Program-made: the position numbers and the translations under genes
DNA from: Felis catus
Taxonomy: Eukaryota
Assembly (NCBI RefSeq): GCF_018350175.1
Contig: NC_058368.1
Span: forward strand, 9,982,001 to 10,046,000
DNA length: 64,000 bases
Direction: 5' to 3'
Shown here: one piece after another, positions 60,100-64,000 of the stretch
How the letters are laid out: every line of letters begins with the position of its first letter
Position numbering within the stretch: the stretch's first letter is position 1
The notes under the pieces: model-generated
The model's database searches: none
What the model was told of the DNA's origin: nothing
The model's input: the letters and a program-made list of their open reading frames with translations, nothing else

Positions 60100-61105
60100 T
60101 CGTATGGCCATGGACCTATTCTCTCTTTTGTCTTACTCGTTTATGCCTGTGACGTCAATGACCAGCTAGACAATGATGAATTCCAAACGTCTTCTGGTTC
60201 ACATCTCTCATCCACATATCTCCAAATGGCTGCTCAGCATCACCATTCAGATGCTTCACGGCCACCTCATCCAGCAAGTCTGGTCCACTTCTAGCCAAGG
60301 ACACCACGTCCGTCACATTATGCAAGTCAAAAGTCTAGAAGTTCTTTATTGACACCCACCCTCCTACCCAGAAATCCAATCATTCCCAATGCCTGCCTCT
60401 CCTACCTCCTATTTAACTCTTGCATCGGTCCCTTTTTTTCCAGCTGCCCTTCACCCACTTTCCTAGTCTGATGCCAGCTACTCACGGCCCAGCTGGCTTC
60501 CTGACTGGGCTCCGTGTCTACCTCTGCTTTTGCACCTCCTTCATTGTGTTCCCAGGTTGCTACCTGAACATTTCTCCCGGGTGAACGTCTGATTGCGTCG
60601 CTCTTTCTTCTAAACCTTCGATAGGTCCCGGTTGCACTGGGGATAAAGACAGCGTTCTCGAAAGGGGCTCCCAAGGCTCCATCACACCAGGTCCTACCTG
60701 CACCTGTCCTGGAAGCTTCTGTTCAGACCACACCTGTCTTCTTTGCACATCGAATCACAGGGCCGTGTTTTCTGCCCGTTCTTTGCACATGCCGCCCCTG
60801 TGGCCTTCCTGATCCTGCCCATCCCTCGTGTCTGAGCTCAGGCACACCCCTTTCTCACTCACACCCTCTGTGATCTCCAGCCCGGGCCAGGTGTCTTGTC
60901 ACGTGTCTCAGAGAGCCGCTCGTCTGTGCTAACACTCGGCGCGGCCTCTGGATATACATCGATCTGTCATTACTTGAGTCTCCCTTGCTAGCCCGGGCCT
61001 TCATGAGACTAGGAACTATATCTGTTCTTAACCAGTGTATGCTCAGCCGCTTGCAAGGTGCCGGGCACGACGTGCCTGCTCTATACATGCCCGTTGAATG
61101 AATAA
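60100..61105 (+). mobile_element. L2 fragment reaching the 3' end
   Basis: ccacatatctccaaatggctgctcagcat, tctttgcacatgc, cttcatgagactaggaac, gttgaatgaataaa. Confidence 0.68.
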
Positions 61106-62704
61106 AGCCACCAAGTTGCCTCCAGAAAGGGCCTTTGATGTCTGTGCCAACCCATCAGAATAATGGCAGCTCTGGAAAAAAAGTACATATTTGATGTCAC
61201 AGAGAAGAATCCTAACAGAAAAGAATGCTCTGAACCTTCTAAGGCACATATACGAGGGAAACGGAGTCTAGCTTCTCAGCTTAATGACGAGTTTGATGCT
61301 TCTTTTCCCGTAGGATTGGGACGAATGTAACATGACCGTAGGTATAATTAGCCCTGGTGTTCGTGCCTTACCTTGGGCACTTATCAGTTGTTGTGGAGGT
61401 GAATCTCGAGTCCTAATGTATCATTAAAGTAGATGTTAAAATTGCCATGACATCATAGCAATAATGATGGGAATATTTATGACTGAGCTTTCTGACGTGT
61501 GCACTTGCAACGTCTCCTCTGTTAAGCGTTACTCTAACTCCGGGATAATTGTTGGGCTGGTTATCTGTTAAAACAATGCGGAGACACATTTCAGGCAGGA
61601 ACTGGAAGCCATTGCACGATCGCCTGCTCTAAGCGGAAAATAATGAATACATTGAGATTTGCTCCCAGCGGTTCAGAACTAATCCTGAACGAATAATAAA
61701 CTAGGTCATACAGTTAGGTCTACAGAGACTAAGTACATCCTCTGAGCCATTAAGACCCTCTGAAAGCAGTAGTGCTTCAGAATGGGAGAAGCTAGTTAAT
61801 TTCCACATAGGCAGATGACCTCAGGGAACCTTAGTCAGATTTTCGAAATGTCACAAAGACATTGAACGCTGGTGTCTTGGATTAAGCAAGGGTCAAGAGT
61901 ACGGTGGGAAGAGGAGGAACTCCATGTGTGTGTGTGTGTGTGGTGCATATACGCGTGTTGGCCAAGAAAAAATCTGTGGGTATATTTTGGGCACATAACT
62001 CCCATTGATAGTCATAGGAATTGAACACCCAGACAAAGAGAGAAATGCAAACTCATCCCCAGGGCAGAGTGTGTATTAGCTACATAAAAGAAGATAGAAC
62101 CAGGGACTTGCCAGGTGAGTCCAAGAGGAGGAACATATCCTGAAACATTAATAAGCATCACCTTCTACAAAATGGAGAGATGGAGACGTGGAACATGGCA
62201 CACAAGACCCATCCGTTCAACAATCTTAATGCTGATGGATGTGGTATTATTCTCCCAGCAGTGTGTGTGGCCCGAGAGATACGCTGTTCCTGCTTTCTGC
62301 GCTTGGAACACCTTACACACCAATGGACATTTTTCTGGAACTGGAGACACAAACTGACATAGCTAAATAAGAAAAGTGAGGGCCTTAATCTGGCTTTGCT
62401 CCAGTTTGCTCACAGCTTCATCTTCCTAATATTTAAAATAAAAAGAAAATCTCTCATTTTCATTCATCAGGCTGGGCCTCTGCCGTAAAAGCAAAATCTA
62501 ATTCATTTTAGCCAAATTTTGACCATTTTGACTCATTTAGGGGGTCAAGGAAGTAGAATGTGTTGGATTGATTTCTTTCCCCTGGGACTTCTCCAGGGGG
62601 CCCGTTGTACAGGGATTCGCAGGTAGAAGTCATATCTATTTTCTTGGTTATTAGACGCCTTCCCTTTCATCCTGAAAGGGAATGTCTTTGAAATAAATCT
62701 AAGG

Positions 62705-62850
62705 GAGTAGTTCCTAAACCCAGCTGATGAATAGAATCACCTGGGGGACTTTAAAAACATACAGATTCCTGGATCCCATCCCAGAGCTGCTGAAGTGGAG
62801 ACTCTGGGCAGGGCCGGGAAAGATTGTCCCCAGGAGATTGTCGTGCAATC
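62705..62850. mobile_element. MER5-like MITE
   Basis: tagaatcacctgggggactttaaaaacatacagattcctggatcccatccca. Confidence 0.7.
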
Positions 62851-64000
62851 AGCCTGGGCCAGCAATTGGCGGAGGCCTCCGGCTTCTCCCCTAGCAGAGT
62901 GACCTGAAGGAAATAACCCTAGGGTCACGTCCTGGCCTTTTAGAGGAAGAGAAATTAGCCTCTGAGGCAGCAGGTGGCTATTATCTCCAAGTCTTTAGAG
63001 CATTTAGAGCATCTCTAAGTCTTTAGAGCATTTTCCGGCTGTTTAATTGGGAGCGATTCTGGTCCAGTGTATAACTGGATGTTCAAGGCTTCAGCTTTCC
63101 TTGGGTGGCTCCCAGGTAGCTGCTGCCTAATAGGTTCGTTCCACGCCAGCCCCTGTGCTCTGCTTCCCAAATCCAGAGCGTTCTTCAAGGCCCCGCCAAA
63201 GATCCACCTCCTCCATGAAAACAGCAATGACTGCGTTAGCATCTTCTCCCTCTGAGAATACCCTGGGCTAGTCAGAGGCATATAATTTAACACTTAATTG
63301 TTTTCTAATTGCTTCTGATCTGTTCTGTTCCCTCACCCTATTATAAGCAGCTCAAGGGTGGAGACCACGGTTCTCAGCGACTTTAACAAGGCTGGTTGCC
63401 TGCTTGGCTCACCACCCTGGCCCCAGAGTCCCAAATTGGCATGAAGCTGGTTCTCCATGAATATTTGTTGAATTAATGGATTTGGTGGTGGAATGACTAC
63501 CGGAACATTTAGTAAGAAAACCAACGCCTGTTTACAAATTACCCCATAATGTGCTCTATTCTATTTCATTAAATCACCTTGTGATAGATACGCACCAAAT
63601 GCCTCTGCTGTGCCTGGCCCTGTCCTAGGTGCTGGGGATACAGCCATGAATGTCTTTTATCATGCAGTATGTGCTACCTTTTCAAACAGGGCAAATTAAA
63701 AGCTTACGAAAGTGGAAGTGCTCTTCCAAGTTCTGGAAGCTATGAAAAACAGGGCTGAGATCGGCTCAATAATAATCATAACCCAGAGAAACATAGGATG
63801 ACAATCCAGTGCCTGTGATTAGATTTCGCAAAATTCTAGCCCAAAGTAGCCCGATGTACTAGAACAGAGCCACAGAGAAGACTGGTTTTCTTCCCTTCCA
63901 GAGCCTTCTTCACCACACTTTCGGAGCAATAGAGGCCTCTACAAACTAGCATCGTGGCTCATTTTCAGTTTGGTGTGTTTTCTGTTAAACGTTCAGCTCT

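Noticed and set aside
62115..62362. Exon-like stretch open in several frames
   Set aside because: No translation was recognisable and no consistent splice partners were found.
62989..63033. Local duplication of aagtctttagagcattt
   Set aside because: Ordinary short slippage duplication with no sign of function.
1..64000. A novel multi-gene, defence or CRISPR-like system
   Set aside because: The window is mammalian intron and intergenic DNA with two exons of one known gene; no operon-like ORF cluster, regularly spaced repeat-spacer array or foreign-looking insert was seen.

Overview
This is mammalian genomic DNA, almost certainly from a felid: it carries about 34 carnivore CanSINE/SINEC_Fc insertions and a feline-type L1 3' tail. 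The only protein-coding sequence I can support is the last two exons of ALOX5AP (FLAP, 5-lipoxygenase-activating protein) on the + strand: 901-982 and 8662-8824 (stop), with a poly(A) signal at 9124. The remaining ~55 kb is non-coding and rich in young SINEs and ancient repeats (MIR, L2, L1M, MLT1/ERVL LTRs, and MER5/20/33/53/58/81 and Tigger DNA-transposon fossils). Nearly all other ORFs in the supplied track are repeat-derived or chance ORFs. I found no evidence of a novel gene system, operon or CRISPR array. The observations most worth follow-up are: a SINE with a 77-bp target-site duplication (45541-45948); a six-unit phased heat-shock element (29068-29097); strong CTCF motifs in convergent orientation (one inside a MER20 at 22875, one in a CpG-rich patch at 41678); a three-layer Tigger/LTR/SINE nest in the last ALOX5AP intron; and a GATA microsatellite that arose inside a SINE tail. 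Repeat family names and boundaries come from recalled consensus sequences and are approximate.
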